From contig OZ076409.1 of the NCBI GenBank assembly GCA_964187785.1, forward strand, positions 94,304,001-94,368,000: DNA of 64,000 nt, given 5' to 3'. Below, piece after piece: positions 62,785-64,000 of this stretch. Source of the DNA: Amphiscolops sp. MND2022 (lineage: Eukaryota). Every line of letters starts with the position of its first letter. Within the stretch, counting starts at the first letter, position 1. Under the pieces are notes generated by a model that was not told where the DNA came from, did no database searches, and saw only the letters and a program-made list of their open reading frames with translations. The translations under genes were made by a program, and so were the position numbers.

Positions 62785-62885
62785 TACATTCATTCTCTGT
62801 GCATACATGCGGTTATGATGCACGACGACTACACAGCCTGTCAAGGGATCGGCCTGCCGTATATGGAAGTTGCCGAGTATTTTCT
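62785..62885 (+). CDS. MINPP1: Probable further MINPP1-like exon (possibly frameshifted)
   Basis: TTTGCAG acceptor; HTCGYDA...GSCRVFS resembles the TC.FD...WC.VF segment of MINPP1. Confidence 0.5.
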
Positions 62886-63152
62886 GTTCGTATCATTTCT
62901 ACTCTTTCACTTGAAAATGTTCACCTTGAGTGCTTGGAAAAAGTTCTGAGAACTCTAAGGGCCGAAAAATATCAAAAGAAAGACCTTTTGGTCCCATATA
63001 AAGTTTGCATGATCTGAAAATAACATAAAGGAGTGGAATTTGAGAATTTCCTCCATTGTTGATGTGGAATGTAGAGGTCATAGACTGAACTACTTTAGAC
63101 AGAGAGTTGTTTGAACATATTTGATAACAAACTCTAATTTCTGTCACATTTA

Positions 63153-64000
63153 TGTTACTATACTACTTTACCTAGATCTCATTACATTTGTATACATTGA
63201 TACAGAATAGTCGTAAGAGAACTCTTTGCCACCAACATTGTTTTAAAGTAAACCAAGAGATCTCAACATGGCGCAGTAAGCAAGATATTATTTTATCAAA
63301 CCTTCTTATAACACGAAACATTTTTACCAACCAACAATTATCAGAAATGGCCGTGTCAACAAAGATAAAACTACCATACCTAGAAGATACCGGACTCGAC
63401 GGGAAGAAAATATATACACCAAAAGAATGGACCGAAAGATTCCGACACTACATAAAAAGAATCTACAATATAGATATCAAACCGATATTAACCGATGATA
63501 CGGTACCCAACGGTGACCCATGGGACACAAAAGAACCGGAAATCAGACAAGATTTCATCTGGGGCGCCGGACCGTCGGCAATTGAAATCATCACAAAAGG
63601 AGAATTTAACACGGACCCCGACACAATCAAAACCGACAAGCTAATCCAACTATTCCGGGAATACTACATACCCAAAGGAAACACATACCACAGCCGTGGA
63701 GATTTCTTCTGGGCCAAGCAAAAAGACAATGAAACACCCGAGGAACACTGGAAAAAGCTGATAACACTAGGAAAAACATGCGAATTCACAGACATCAAAC
63801 AAGAAGACCTACTCATATCGAAATTTATCACAAGCATAACCGACAAAAAACTTCGAGAAAAACTGATCCGTGAAAAAACCCTCAACCGGAAAATCACCAT
63901 AGAACTCATCACACAAGACAGCTATGACCGCCGACGTAAACAATCAACCATACCACCCGCACTGGTGAAAGACAAAGAAATAAAACAAGAACCGATTCAA
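63153..64000 (+). mobile_element. Ty3/Gypsy element 5' end: 116-bp LTR (63153-63268), PBS from 63269
   Basis: TGTT...AACA followed directly by TGGCGCAGTAAGCAAG. Confidence 0.8.
63347..64000 (+). CDS. Gypsy Gag, open to window end
   Basis: 218 open codons: MAVSTKIKLP...FFWAKQKDNETPEEHWKKLITLGKTCEF...LREKL. Confidence 0.8.
   Translation, partial: MAVSTKIKLPYLEDTGLDGKKIYTPKEWTERFRHYIKRIYNIDIKPILTDDTVPNGDPWDTKEPEIRQDFIWGAGPSAIEIITKGEFNTDPDTIKTDKLIQLFREYYIPKGNTYHSRGDFFWAKQKDNETPEEHWKKLITLGKTCEFTDIKQEDLLISKFITSITDKKLREKLIREKTLNRKITIELITQDSYDRRRKQSTIPPALVKDKEIKQEPIQ

Overview
Repeat-dense eukaryotic DNA, most likely from an invertebrate animal (inference), made almost entirely of transposable elements. 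1-7946: a divergent pair of decayed genes (a spliced zinc-finger gene on -, an orphan ORF on +) with three arrays of a TATGCGG motif, two phased at about 33 bp, ending in an LTR-like segment. 8681-15463: a decayed BEL/Pao LTR retrotransposon with an extra SGNH-hydrolase-like ORF ahead of gag. 15920-46470: a tandem segmental duplication whose unit starts at a DINE-1/HINE-like element. The unit holds a Gypsy relic, a cluster of different MITEs that all carry the same ~200-bp GC-rich multi-hairpin cassette, and a CRE-like relic. The second copy gained another MITE and a CR1/L2-like LINE and has an internal 3141-bp duplication. 46900-50500: assorted MITEs. 50635-62885: exons of a MINPP1-like histidine phosphatase gene; its introns hold two hAT transposons, one with an intact 638-aa transposase. 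63153-64000: 5' LTR, PBS and gag of a Gypsy element. The most unusual signals are the structured cassette shared by unrelated MITEs (including a flipped-arm variant), the 33-bp-phased arrays around the divergent gene pair, and the SGNH-like cargo of the BEL element. All calls were made by eye, with no database searches.
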